This document shows positions 9,525 to 19,261 of a stretch of DNA of 64,000 bases, piece after piece. The position numbers were made by a program, and so were the translations under genes. Source of the DNA: Flavobacteriales bacterium. GTDB lineage: Bacteria > Bacteroidota > Bacteroidia > Flavobacteriales_F > PHOS-HE28. The notes under the pieces were generated by a model. That model did no database searches and was not told where the DNA came from. It worked only from the letters and a program-made list of their open reading frames with translations. The number at the start of each line of letters is the position of its first letter. Positions within the stretch are counted from its first letter, which is position 1. The stretch covers positions 10,116 to 74,115 of the forward strand of contig JAWKNF010000001.1 of assembly GCA_041391825.1 (NCBI GenBank), given 5' to 3'.

Positions 9525-10774
9525 TTCACCACGAAACGCGCCGTGTTCCGCGAACGCTGCTCCAACAACACTTCCTTCCCTTTGGTCAAACGGTCCAGCG
9601 TCCGGTCATCGTAGTGCCGGACAGTGATCAACTCGCAACCATCATTGTAGCGCACTTCAAATGCCTCGTTCAACTCCTCGATCAAACGGCGAGCACGTGG
9701 CGAATCGTCCACCACCACGCTAAAGGCCAAAGCGCTGTTCTGCATCAGATCGATGCGAACGGAACGCTCAGCGAAGCGTTTGAAGATCTCGCTCAGGTTC
9801 TCCTCCACGATGAAGCTGAGGTCCCGTGGCGTGATGCTGACGAGTAGCTGCTTCGCCTTCACGATGAACGAAGGCACAAGGGAATCGTTCTCGCTCCTGC
9901 TATCGATCGTACTTCCTTTCGCATGGAGTTCCACGAATGAGCGGACGTAGAGCGGAATGTTCTTCTGTTGCAACGGTTGCAGCGTGCGCGGGTGGATCAC
10001 GCTCGCACCGAAGTAGCTCAACTCGATGGCCTCCCGATAGCTGATGTGCGCCAGCAACTTCGTGTCGGGGAAGCGGTTCGGATCGGCGTTGAACATGCCG
10101 GGCACATCCTTCCAGATCGTGACGCTTTCGGCATCGAGCAGATACGCGAAGATCGCCGCGCTGAAGTCCGATCCTTCGCGACCGAGCGTGGTGGTCGTGC
10201 CTTCGTGGCTGAAGCCGATGAAGCCTTGTGTAACGATCCGCTTGGGGCTCGCGTCCACCTCGTTCAGCAAAGTGGCCGCACGTATCGCGGAAGTCCTCCA
10301 ATCAACGCGTGCACTGCGGTACGTGTCGTCCGTTCGAACGATCGTTCGTGCATCGAGCCACGTATTGGTGATACCGACAGCTCGTAGATGCGCGCTTACG
10401 ATGAGCGTGCTCCACACCTCTCCGAAGGCAACGATGTTGTCATAATCACGGTCCACATTACCGGAAGGGCTACGTTCCAACAAGGAGCGGAGGTTGTCGA
10501 AATTCAAGATCAACTCCGCGGCGGCCGCAACGTCCTCCGGGGCAACCTCGGCAAGGACCGCGAGATGATCGCGCCTGAGTTGCTCGAACAGGTCCTTCGT
10601 TGCGCGCCCATCGCAATAGGCCCAAACGACCGCCTCCAATGCGTTGGTGGTCTTGCCCATCGCGCTCACGATGATCACCAGGTCATCCAATGCGAACTGC
10701 TTCACGACCTCAGCGAGGTTGCGCACGCCTGCCGCATCCTTCACACTGGCCCCACCGAATTTGAAGACCTTCAT
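9521..10774 (-). CDS. lysC: aspartate kinase
   Basis: MKVFKFGGASV start, amino-acid-kinase fold and C-terminal ACT domains. 417 aa. Confidence 0.92.
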   Translation of the reverse strand: MKVFKFGGASVKDAAGVRNLAEVVKQFALDDLVIIVSAMGKTTNALEAVVWAYCDGRATKDLFEQLRRDHLAVLAEVAPEDVAAAAELILNFDNLRSLLERSPSGNVDRDYDNIVAFGEVWSTLIVSAHLRAVGITNTWLDARTIVRTDDTYRSARVDWRTSAIRAATLLNEVDASPKRIVTQGFIGFSHEGTTTTLGREGSDFSAAIFAYLLDAESVTIWKDVPGMFNADPNRFPDTKLLAHISYREAIELSYFGASVIHPRTLQPLQQKNIPLYVRSFVELHAKGSTIDSRSENDSLVPSFIVKAKQLLVSITPRDLSFIVEENLSEIFKRFAERSVRIDLMQNSALAFSVVVDDSPRARRLIEELNEAFEVRYNDGCELITVRHYDDRTLDRLTKGKEVLLEQRSRNTARFVVK

Positions 10775-11247
10775 TGTGTTGCGATGTTCTTCAGTTGTGG
10801 CAGTTCAAGTGAGCCGTTCAACCACTGCGGGTCCATGGCCGCGCCAAAGCGCTCGTAGAACCGAACGGCATCCGTGTTCCAATCCAACACTTGCCACAGC
10901 ATGCCGGCATAGTTCTTCTCGACGGCGTATTTCGCACACGTCCGAAAAAGCTTCTCCCCGATCCCTTGCCCGCGCGCCTGCTCAGTGACGACGATATCCT
11001 CGAGGTACAAACGGCGGCCCTTCCAAGTGCTGTAACGCTCATAGCAGATCGCGATACCAAGGATCCCCTGTTCGTTCTCCGCCACCCACCCGACCCACAC
11101 CGGATCCGGTCCGAAGCCCGCGTCCTGCATGTGTTCCAAGGTCACCGTAACAGCTTCCGGCTCTTTCTCGAAGACGGCCAACTCCCTCACCAACTCCAGC
11201 ATTCGCTGGACATCCCGAGGTTCGGCCTTGCGGATCTTGACGTTCAT
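10771..11247 (-). CDS. GNAT-family N-acetyltransferase
   Basis: Conserved acetyl-CoA motif (…RGQGIGEKLF…). Start placed at MNVKIRK (11247). The longer ORF extension to 11397 looks non-coding and contains a hairpin. Confidence 0.8.
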   Translation of the reverse strand: MNVKIRKAEPRDVQRMLELVRELAVFEKEPEAVTVTLEHMQDAGFGPDPVWVGWVAENEQGILGIAICYERYSTWKGRRLYLEDIVVTEQARGQGIGEKLFRTCAKYAVEKNYAGMLWQVLDWNTDAVRFYERFGAAMDPQWLNGSLELPQLKNIATQ

Positions 11248-11341
11248 GGTGCCCAAAGATCGCCTACATCGGATATTTGCAACCCAGTAACCGATGATAG
11301 GGTCGTTTTCCGATCCTTCGCATGTCCGAATCCCACCTCCA

Positions 11342-12304
11342 ATGGCCGAGATCAAGACCCTCGCAGAATTCATCTCCGAAAGGCAACACGAATTCACCTA
11401 TGCGACCGGTGAACTGAGCCAGTTGCTCACCAGCTTCCGCCTGGCCGGGAAAATGGTGAACCGCGAAGTGAACAAGGCAGGTCTTGCGGAGGACATCCTC
11501 GGTGCCCAAGGGAGCGAGAACGTGCAAGGCGAGCAGCAACAGAAGCTCGATGTGTATGCCAACGACCTCTTCCTGCGGCTTCTGAAGAGCCAAGGCATGG
11601 TGTGCGCCGTGGCCAGCGAAGAGAACGATGACATCGTACACTTCGACAACGGCGGCAAGTACGTGGTCACCATGGATCCGCTTGATGGCAGCAGCAACAT
11701 CGATGTGAATGTTAGCATCGGCACCATCTTCAGTATCTATCGGCGGTTGAGCACCGGTCCGTCGGCCAACATGGATGACTTCATGCAACCCGGAAGTGCG
11801 CAGGTCGCAGCGGGCTACATCATCTATGGAAGCAGCACCATGCTGGTATATACCACCGGCCATGGGGTGAACGGCTTCACGCTGGACCCGAGCATCGGTA
11901 CCTTCTGCTTGAGCCACCCGAACATGACCACGCCGCAAGAGGGCATGATCTATTCCGTCAATGAAGGGAACTACTTCGACTTCACCGATGAGGTCCGCAA
12001 CTACATCGACGACTGCAAGCGGCAAAAGATGAGCGCGCGGTACATCGGCAGCCTCGTGGCCGACTTCCACCGCAACCTCTTGAAAGGCGGGATCTACCTG
12101 TACCCCTCAACGAAGAAGGCCCCGAACGGAAAGCTACGCCTGCTGTACGAAGCCAACACGCTCGCCATGATCGTGGAGCAGGCCGGCGGCATGGCCACCG
12201 ATGGCACCAACCGTATCCTGGACCTGAAGCCGACCGAACTGCACCAACGCTGTCCACTGTTCATCGGTAGTAAAGCGATGGTCGAGAAGGCGATGAAAGC
12301 TTAA
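11342..12304 (+). CDS. fbp: class I fructose-1,6-bisphosphatase
   Basis: FBPase class I motifs (…[26 protein letters not shown]…, …[13 protein letters not shown]…). Start at MAEIKTL. Divergent from the GNAT gene. Confidence 0.93.
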   Translation: MAEIKTLAEFISERQHEFTYATGELSQLLTSFRLAGKMVNREVNKAGLAEDILGAQGSENVQGEQQQKLDVYANDLFLRLLKSQGMVCAVASEENDDIVHFDNGGKYVVTMDPLDGSSNIDVNVSIGTIFSIYRRLSTGPSANMDDFMQPGSAQVAAGYIIYGSSTMLVYTTGHGVNGFTLDPSIGTFCLSHPNMTTPQEGMIYSVNEGNYFDFTDEVRNYIDDCKRQKMSARYIGSLVADFHRNLLKGGIYLYPSTKKAPNGKLRLLYEANTLAMIVEQAGGMATDGTNRILDLKPTELHQRCPLFIGSKAMVEKAMKA

Positions 12305-12363
12305 ACAGCCCGGTATTCCGGCTCCAGGAGCCGACGCCTCCCCTGCTGCATTCCAGATCCGGC

Positions 12364-12400
12364 CACCCGTGGATCGCATCCACGCTGCGATCCACGGGTG
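12364..12400 (+). terminator. perfect 15-bp inverted repeat hairpin downstream of fbp (probable terminator)
   Basis: CACCCGTGGATCGCA-tccacgc-TGCGATCCACGGGTG, 60 bp after the fbp stop. Confidence 0.45.
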
Positions 12401-12459
12401 TGTTGAACGTATGCCCCGAAGCAGTGTACTTGGTATGTGGACCTAGCTTTGCTCTCACC

Positions 12460-14703
12460 ATGCGACCGATCATCTCCTTTCTCTTTCTCGTTTCTTCTGT
12501 CTTCGCCACGGCCCAGCAATGGGAATTGGTCACCCCTATCAAAACACGAAGCGAATTCCAGGATATCCACTTGGTGAACGACCTCGTGGGATACGCGCTG
12601 GACAGACCGATGGGCGCGATCCTGCGCACCGACGATGGCGGCATCCACTGGACACGCTTGGCGAACAACATCTCGAGCCAACCGCGTGCGATGTTCATGT
12701 GGGACGAGCTTCGCGGCATCGTGGTGGCAGGGAGCGGAACGGTGATCCGGACCACAGATGGCTTCACTACGACCAGCACCAGCCTGAATCCGACATTCGG
12801 CGCCATCAGCTGTGTTTTCTTCGTGAACGACACGCTCGGCTGGATCGGCACGGAGACCGGCAAGATCTACCGCAGCATTGATAGCGGCGCGACCTGGGCG
12901 TTGATGGCAAGTGGACAACCGACGAACAACTACATGACCTCGATCCAATTCGTGGATACGCAGGTCGGATACGCCAGTTGCTACGCAGGCGAAATGCTGA
13001 AGAGCACGGATGGTGGTCTTACCTGGCAGGGTGTAGGCCCATTCGATCAACTGGTGCTCATACAGGACATCCATTTCTTCGATGCGGACCTTGGTGTAGG
13101 CGTTGGCAACGCGGGCGAAGTGATACGAACAACGAACGGTGGGGTCACGTGGGACTCGATCCCCACCAATATCACCTATTCGATGTTGGACCTCGATGTC
13201 CAAGGCAATACCATGGTGGCCTGTGGAGCTTGGGGCCGAACGCTCCGCAGCACGGATGCCGGGCTTACCTGGACAGTGATCCAAATGGGCAGCACGGACC
13301 ACCAGAGCGTATCGCTCACCCCAAGTGGCGCGGCATTGCTCGGCACCAACGGACGCATCCATCGCAGCACGGACATGGGCGCGACATGGGAGCGGGCCGT
13401 GGAAGGCACGTGGCACACACGGATCAATAAGATGAGCTTCATGGACAGCGACACCGGGGTCGCTGTGGGATGGCAGACCATGGGCGGTTTCGAAGGAGGC
13501 CTCTTGCGCACCACGGACGGCGGCAGGCATTGGAGCAAGGCGGGCGGTGGTGGCTTGGGCATTCATACGACCCCGAGCGGCGCAGGGTGCCTTGGTGGAA
13601 GCAGCGGCGCTTTCGCACGCACCAGCGATGCCTTCGCAACGCGCACCAACGCCTCCGGCCCGAGCGTTGCGATACGCTGCACGTGGAGCTTTGATGCCAA
13701 CACGCACCTTGTGGGCGGCGGAGCGGTGAACGGCGGCATCTATCGCACCACCAATGGAGGTGCGAATTGGACACGCGTGCTCAATGTCGGCAACATCACC
13801 ATCAGTGATCTCTGGTTCGTGGACGATCAACAAGGCTATGCCGTGGGCGAGTACGGCGACAACTACCGCAGCAACGACGGTGGACTTACATGGACCCCCT
13901 TGCCTCCGACCAGTGGCAGCCACACGGTCTTTTTCACCGATGCGCAGTACGGTTGGACGGACAGCCACCGTACCACCGATGGCGGCGACACATGGACATA
14001 CATGGGTGGCACGCCACAACAGACCATGAGCATCTTCTTCACCGACAGGGATACAGGGTACGCCGTGGCCTACTCCGGGCAAGTGGTGAAGAGCGTGGAT
14101 GGCGGTATCACCTGGGAGAATGTCCTTCCGGAGATCCTCAACGCCAGTGTAGGCGATGCGACCTTCGTGAACGGGTATATCGTGATCGGCTGTAATAACG
14201 GCGACATCTTCCGTGCACAAGTGAGCTGCCCCGGCACACCCTTGGTGCCCCTAGTATCAACGGAGGGGACGACCTTGTGCACCGACTTGAACGGTGCGAT
14301 CCAATGGTACCGGAACGGCGAGGCCGTGGAAGAAGCGACCACACCGTGCTTCGAAGCACAGCAAGGTGGTAGTTACACGGTGATCGTAACGGATGCTTTT
14401 GGCTGCCTCAGCGCGCCCTCCGTTCCTGTGCAGGTGATCGTCACCGATGTTCCGGATGCGATGGACAACGAATTGCTACGCCTCTTTCCGAACCCTGCAC
14501 AGGATCAGATCCGTGTGGAACGCGCGCATTCCTCCGAGGGCATGATAAGCGTGATCGATGCACACGGGCGGGTCGTATCGGAAAGCTCCATCGTTGGAAC
14601 TGTCGCGGAGATCCGAATAGCGCAATTGGCGCCGGGCATGTACACGCTCCGTATGGTCGATGCTGCGGGTGCAAGGAACATACGTTTCGTGAAGGATCGT
14701 TGA
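12460..14703 (+). CDS. secreted BNR/Ycf48-like repeat protein with T9SS C-terminal sorting domain
   Basis: Signal peptide, many repeats of the S-x-D-x-G-x-T-W type, and a C-terminal Por_Secre_tail-like ~80 aa (…LFPNPAQDQIRVE…GMYTLRMVDAAGARNIRFVKD). Confidence 0.85.
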   Translation: MRPIISFLFLVSSVFATAQQWELVTPIKTRSEFQDIHLVNDLVGYALDRPMGAILRTDDGGIHWTRLANNISSQPRAMFMWDELRGIVVAGSGTVIRTTDGFTTTSTSLNPTFGAISCVFFVNDTLGWIGTETGKIYRSIDSGATWALMASGQPTNNYMTSIQFVDTQVGYASCYAGEMLKSTDGGLTWQGVGPFDQLVLIQDIHFFDADLGVGVGNAGEVIRTTNGGVTWDSIPTNITYSMLDLDVQGNTMVACGAWGRTLRSTDAGLTWTVIQMGSTDHQSVSLTPSGAALLGTNGRIHRSTDMGATWERAVEGTWHTRINKMSFMDSDTGVAVGWQTMGGFEGGLLRTTDGGRHWSKAGGGGLGIHTTPSGAGCLGGSSGAFARTSDAFATRTNASGPSVAIRCTWSFDANTHLVGGGAVNGGIYRTTNGGANWTRVLNVGNITISDLWFVDDQQGYAVGEYGDNYRSNDGGLTWTPLPPTSGSHTVFFTDAQYGWTDSHRTTDGGDTWTYMGGTPQQTMSIFFTDRDTGYAVAYSGQVVKSVDGGITWENVLPEILNASVGDATFVNGYIVIGCNNGDIFRAQVSCPGTPLVPLVSTEGTTLCTDLNGAIQWYRNGEAVEEATTPCFEAQQGGSYTVIVTDAFGCLSAPSVPVQVIVTDVPDAMDNELLRLFPNPAQDQIRVERAHSSEGMISVIDAHGRVVSESSIVGTVAEIRIAQLAPGMYTLRMVDAAGARNIRFVKDR

Positions 14704-14710
14704 TCCTGCG

Positions 14711-15157
14711 TTGAGCGCTCCGACCGTTCCTGACGATATTTGGGGTACTCAGGTCGATCAACGGACCGGATGGTACCCTCCTATGTCGAACGAGAACGAC
14801 CTGCAACAACGTGTGGATGCTTGGTTCCGGCAGGAAGGTTTCACGCGGATCACCTTTGCAGGTCCAACTGAGCGCATCAGTACGAACGCGGGCGAGATCA
14901 TCGTCCATAAGCTTCGTGAGCGCTCGGGCTACTCAACGTTCTATAAGGAAGCTACCGGTGGAGCACTGGTCGTCTTCGAGCTGGCCGTGAAGGGAGGCCG
15001 GATCCACTATGATGGCTATTGCCCACTTCTGTTGTTTGGCCTCTGGGAGCGGAAATTGAGCTTCAAAGCAGACGCAGGACCCTATACGAGCTATCGCCAT
15101 GAGGGCTTCATCATCGAACAACGCTTACGCAGCTTCTTGAACGGCCTTACCCGCTAA
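14711..15157 (+). CDS. hypothetical protein
   Basis: 148-aa ORF (possibly starts at MSNEND, 14783) with no recognisable motif. Coding-like composition. Confidence 0.4.
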   Translation: MSAPTVPDDIWGTQVDQRTGWYPPMSNENDLQQRVDAWFRQEGFTRITFAGPTERISTNAGEIIVHKLRERSGYSTFYKEATGGALVVFELAVKGGRIHYDGYCPLLLFGLWERKLSFKADAGPYTSYRHEGFIIEQRLRSFLNGLTR

Positions 15158-15603
15158 GGAAGCGACAGGCTTTCGTCGAGCAAGAGCTTCGCGAGCAGCG
15201 CTCGTACGACCAAGTGTTCGGCCCACGTGGATATGCGATACTCCTTCCGCGCCGTGAAGTTGATCACGCGGTCCAGGTCCTTCGTGACACCCATGGCGAA
15301 GGGCCGACCGCCGGAAAAGGCCATGGCCAAGTAACCGAGATCGGCCAAGGGTCCATATACATGTGTGGTCGGCCTGTACTGTTCCAAGGCAGCTTCCACC
15401 TCGACCATTTGCGGGCCCAAGAGAACCCGGTACTTCGCGCCCTCGCGGTGCGATCGCCAAGCCTGTGCATTGGCCGAGGCCGAATTGAAGCCGCTCGACA
15501 CCACCCGTTGGAACACGTGCACACTGTCGATCGTCTGTGCCGCTGCACAGCGCAGAACAAGGCAGCCAAATACGGTAAGGATGAAGTATGCCAATGGTCG
15601 CAC
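15154..15603 (-). CDS. hypothetical secreted protein
   Basis: 149 aa with a clear signal peptide (MRPLAYFILTVFGCLVLRCAAAQ). Convergent with the previous ORF, with a 4-bp overlap. Confidence 0.45.
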   Translation of the reverse strand: MRPLAYFILTVFGCLVLRCAAAQTIDSVHVFQRVVSSGFNSASANAQAWRSHREGAKYRVLLGPQMVEVEAALEQYRPTTHVYGPLADLGYLAMAFSGGRPFAMGVTKDLDRVINFTARKEYRISTWAEHLVVRALLAKLLLDESLSLP

Positions 15604-15649
15604 CGCACAAAGCTACCCCGCTTATCGAGCGTCGGACAAGCCCCTGCCG

Positions 15650-15657
15650 TAGCTTTG
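15650..15657 (+). promoter_or_regulatory. -7 promoter motif TAnnTTTG (TAGCTTTG) upstream of mfd
   Basis: Exact motif 62 bp upstream of the mfd ATG. Confidence 0.35.
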
Positions 15658-15718
15658 CGCCGTTCCCGAACCCGATGCCCGAATTACCCGGCATTGGGTT
15701 TCGGGCGTTTCTGCGTTC

Positions 15719-18700
15719 ATGTCCATCACCTCCCTTCCCGACCTCCTCTCCCTCTTCAGCAACGACCCACGTTGCGATGATGCCGCTCTTGCGCTGGGAC
15801 CCGCCCACGCCCGCGTACACATCGAAGGGCTTATTGGGAGCGGTCGCAGTTTGACCGCCCACGTGATCGCAGAACGATGCGGCGGGACCCATGTGTTCAT
15901 CCTGAACGACAAGGAGGAGGCCGCGTACTTCATGAACGACCTGGAGGCGCTGCGAGCGACCAAGGGAAAGAGCGAGGCCGGCTCCAAGGGAGCGCAACAC
16001 GAAACCCTCTTCTTCCCCGCTCCTTCCCGATCGCCCTACGACCCCGAAGGCCACCACGACGGGGAACGCGTGAGCCGAACGGAGGTCCTTGAGGAATTGA
16101 TGTCGACGTCGAGTTCCTCGGTCCCTCGTTCCATCGTGACCTACGCCGAGGCCATGGCACCCTTGGTGGTCGGCCGCGAGGCGATGCAGAAGAACACCTT
16201 GGCCGTGAAACGCGGCGAGGACCTGCCGATCGACACCTTGGAGGAATGGCTGCTGGAGACCGGTTTCACGCGCGTGGAATTCGTGTACGAGCCGGGCCAG
16301 TTCAGCGTGCGCGGCGGGATCATCGACATCTACAGCTACGGGAACGACAAACCGTACCGCATTGAACTCTTCGGCGACACGGTGGAAAGCGTGCGGCGTT
16401 TCGACCCGCAGGACCAGTTGAGCGTGGAACGCTTGGCAGAGGCAGTGATCGTGCCTGATCTTCAGGACGAGGATGCTGCGGGACAACAGATCTTCTTCGC
16501 GCAGTTACCGGAGGATGCCGTGATCTGGATGCAGGACCCGAAGGCGATCAGTGATGCGGCGACCAAGCAGCTGAAACGACTGGAGGAAGTGTACGCCGGC
16601 CTTCCCGACAAGCAGAAGCATGCTTTGCCTTCGGAGCTCGTGGCCACCGACAGCGCGTTGATGAAGGGCTTGCTCGGCTTCAGGAAGGTGTACTGGGGTG
16701 CACCGTCGTCAGTTGTCGGTTCCCAGCTGTCGGTCGAAGCGGGGTCCGAAGCGCTGGACAAGCAACAACCGACAACTGACGAACGAAGTCAAAAGACCAT
16801 CGACTTCCAGCAACGTCCACAGCCCGCGTTCGCCAAGGACTTCAAGATCCTGAGCGGTGATCTGCACCTGAAACAGAACGCCGGATTCACGAACCTGATC
16901 GCGTGCAGCAACGCGAAGCAGAGCGAACGGCTCTACACGATCTTCCAGGACATGGAGCATGAGGTGGCCTTCACGCCGCTGGTGCTCGATCTGCACGAAG
17001 GCTTCATCGATGCCTCCCTGAAACTGGCGCTGTACACCGACCACCAGATCTTCGAGCGCTACCATCGCTTCCGACTGAAGGAGGGCTTCCGGAAGAACTC
17101 GCAAGCGCTCACGCTGAAGGAGCTCACGCAACTGAAGCCCGGTGACCTGGTCGTACACATCGATCACGGCATCGGTGTGTTCAGTGGCCTGGAAACGATT
17201 GATGCGGGCGGATCCATGCAGGAAGCGATCCGCTTGAAATACCGCGACAACGACATCCTCTACGTCGGGATCCACAGCCTGCACCGCGTGAGCAAGTACA
17301 GCGGTGAGGAAGGTGGAGCGGCACCGAACGTGAGCAAACTCGGCAGTCCGGCGTGGAAGAATTTGAAGGAGCGCACCAAGGCGAAAGTGAAGGCGCTGGC
17401 CTTCGACCTGATCAAGCTCTACGCGAAGCGCAAGAGCATCCCGGGCTTCGCCTTCCAGCCTGACAACTACCTCCAACACGAGCTCGAAGCAAGCTTCATT
17501 TACGAGGACACGCCCGATCAGGAAACGGCCACGATCGATGTGAAGCGTGACATGGAGAAGGCGACACCGATGGATCGCCTGGTCTGCGGCGATGTCGGCT
17601 TCGGTAAAACGGAGATCGCGATACGCGCGGCGTTCAAAGCGGTGTGCGACAGCAAGCAGGTCGCCGTGCTGGTGCCCACCACGATCCTCGCCCTGCAACA
17701 TGCGAAGAGCTTCAGAGCGCGGATGCAAGGGTTGCCCGTGCGCGTCGACTACATCAACCGCTTCCGCAGTGCGGCGGACCAGAAGCAGATCCTCGCCGAT
17801 CTGAAGGTCGGGAAGATCGACATCTTGATCGGCACGCACCGCCTGGTGAGCAAGGATGTCAAGTACAAGGACCTCGGCCTGCTGATCATCGATGAGGAGC
17901 AGAAGTTCGGCGTGAACGTGAAGGACAAGTTGAAGACGCTGCGCGCCACGGTGGACACGCTCACCCTCACCGCCACGCCGATCCCGCGCACCTTGCAGTT
18001 CAGCTTGATGGGTGCACGCGACCTCAGCATCATCAGCACGCCGCCGCCCAACCGCTACCCCGTACAGACCAACTTGCATCCCTATGACGAAGTGGTGATC
18101 AAGGGAGCGATCGACTACGAACTCTCCCGTGGCGGCCAGGTGTACTTCATCAACGACAAGGTGAAGAACATCGAATTCGTGGCCGACATGATCCGCAAGC
18201 TGGTGCCCGGAGCGCGGGTCGGGGTCGGTCACGGACAACTCGAAGGACATAAGCTGGAAGAGGTGATGCTCGATTTCATCGAAGGCAACACCGATGTGCT
18301 CGTCTGCACCACCATCGTGGAGAACGGCCTCGACATACCGAACGCCAACACGATCATCGTGAACGAAGCGCAGAATTTCGGGCTCAGCGATCTGCACCAA
18401 TTGCGTGGTCGTGTGGGCCGAAGCAACAAGAAGGCCTTCTGCTACCTCCTCGCCCCGAGCCCACACCTCCTACCCGACCTATCGCGCAAACGCCTACAGG
18501 CCATCGAGCAGTTCAGTGATCTCGGTAGCGGCATCCACATCGCCATGAAGGACCTCGACATCCGCGGTGCGGGCGACCTGCTCGGCGCGGAACAGAGCGG
18601 CTTCATCAACGACATCGGCTTCGAGACCTACCACAAGATCCTCGAAGAAGCGGTGAAGGAGCTGAAGAACGAGCATTTCAAGGAGCTCTTCGAGGACCGA

Positions 18701-19192
18701 CAACTGGCACGCGGCGGTACCCGTGACCAAAGTGACGACTGCATCATAGAGACCGACCTCACGATGACGATCCCGAACAGCTACGTGAGCGAAACCGCCG
18801 AACGCCTCGCGCTCTACCGCAAGCTGGACGACATCAAGGACGAAGCTGAATTGGAGAAGTTCTCCACGGAGGTCACCGATCGCTTCGGCCCGATCCCCGA
18901 ACAGGTACTGGAACTAATGGAAGCCATCCGCCTGCGCTGGTTGGGCCAGCAGATGGGCTTGGAGAAAATGGTACTGAAGAAGAACACGCTCATCGGCACC
19001 TTCATCGCCGATCAGAAACATCCGTTCTTCGCGGGTGATACGTTCCACTCGGTGTTGCGTGCCGTGCAAGCCCAACCTCGGAAATTCAAGGTTTACGAGA
19101 AGGCCGGGACATTGCGGATCAGTGTGCAGAACATGAAGGACGTACACGAGGCGAAGGAGACGATGGAGGGGGTACTTACGGCTCCAGTCTAA
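15719..19192 (+). CDS. mfd: transcription-repair coupling factor Mfd
   Basis: 1157 aa with UvrB-homology N-region, RNAP-interacting domain, DEAD/helicase motifs (…CGDVGFGKTE…, …LTLTATPIPRTLQ…, …DEEQ…) and the TRG motif. Confidence 0.96.
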   Translation: MSITSLPDLLSLFSNDPRCDDAALALGPAHARVHIEGLIGSGRSLTAHVIAERCGGTHVFILNDKEEAAYFMNDLEALRATKGKSEAGSKGAQHETLFFPAPSRSPYDPEGHHDGERVSRTEVLEELMSTSSSSVPRSIVTYAEAMAPLVVGREAMQKNTLAVKRGEDLPIDTLEEWLLETGFTRVEFVYEPGQFSVRGGIIDIYSYGNDKPYRIELFGDTVESVRRFDPQDQLSVERLAEAVIVPDLQDEDAAGQQIFFAQLPEDAVIWMQDPKAISDAATKQLKRLEEVYAGLPDKQKHALPSELVATDSALMKGLLGFRKVYWGAPSSVVGSQLSVEAGSEALDKQQPTTDERSQKTIDFQQRPQPAFAKDFKILSGDLHLKQNAGFTNLIACSNAKQSERLYTIFQDMEHEVAFTPLVLDLHEGFIDASLKLALYTDHQIFERYHRFRLKEGFRKNSQALTLKELTQLKPGDLVVHIDHGIGVFSGLETIDAGGSMQEAIRLKYRDNDILYVGIHSLHRVSKYSGEEGGAAPNVSKLGSPAWKNLKERTKAKVKALAFDLIKLYAKRKSIPGFAFQPDNYLQHELEASFIYEDTPDQETATIDVKRDMEKATPMDRLVCGDVGFGKTEIAIRAAFKAVCDSKQVAVLVPTTILALQHAKSFRARMQGLPVRVDYINRFRSAADQKQILADLKVGKIDILIGTHRLVSKDVKYKDLGLLIIDEEQKFGVNVKDKLKTLRATVDTLTLTATPIPRTLQFSLMGARDLSIISTPPPNRYPVQTNLHPYDEVVIKGAIDYELSRGGQVYFINDKVKNIEFVADMIRKLVPGARVGVGHGQLEGHKLEEVMLDFIEGNTDVLVCTTIVENGLDIPNANTIIVNEAQNFGLSDLHQLRGRVGRSNKKAFCYLLAPSPHLLPDLSRKRLQAIEQFSDLGSGIHIAMKDLDIRGAGDLLGAEQSGFINDIGFETYHKILEEAVKELKNEHFKELFEDRQLARGGTRDQSDDCIIETDLTMTIPNSYVSETAERLALYRKLDDIKDEAELEKFSTEVTDRFGPIPEQVLELMEAIRLRWLGQQMGLEKMVLKKNTLIGTFIADQKHPFFAGDTFHSVLRAVQAQPRKFKVYEKAGTLRISVQNMKDVHEAKETMEGVLTAPV
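16707..16781 (+). repeat. 75-bp palindromic element inside the mfd coding sequence (perfect 15-bp terminal inverted repeats)
   Basis: CGTCAGTTGTCGGTT ...45 bp... AACCGACAACTGACG. The length is a multiple of three. It encodes the low-complexity stretch PSSVVGSQLSVEAGSEALDKQQPTTDER in a linker region. Confidence 0.5.
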
Positions 19193-19261
19193 AGGACTGG
19201 GACACGGGGGCACGAAAACCACTAAACCAGTACCGTATGCTCCACTCCGAATATACTGGCC

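Noticed and set aside
10771-11397. Longer 208-aa version of the GNAT ORF
   Set aside because: The N-terminal 50 codons are not protein-like, overlap the divergent fbp start and contain intergenic hairpin sequence. The internal Met at 11247 gives a canonical GNAT length.
12901-12930. Third copy of the CAACCGAC…GAAC motif inside the BNR gene
   Set aside because: It only shares codons for Gln-Pro-Thr and has no inverted partner. Judged coincidental.
12301-14220. 639-aa minus-strand ORF antisense to the BNR/T9SS gene
   Set aside because: Arg/Ala/Gly-rich composition typical of antisense reading of high-GC coding DNA. It fully overlaps a well-supported gene. No homology features.
15125-18466. 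Long minus-strand ORFs (15125-16486, 16709-18466) inside and antisense to mfd
   Set aside because: Mfd is unambiguous on the plus strand. The antisense ORFs have a low-complexity Arg/Gly/His-rich composition.
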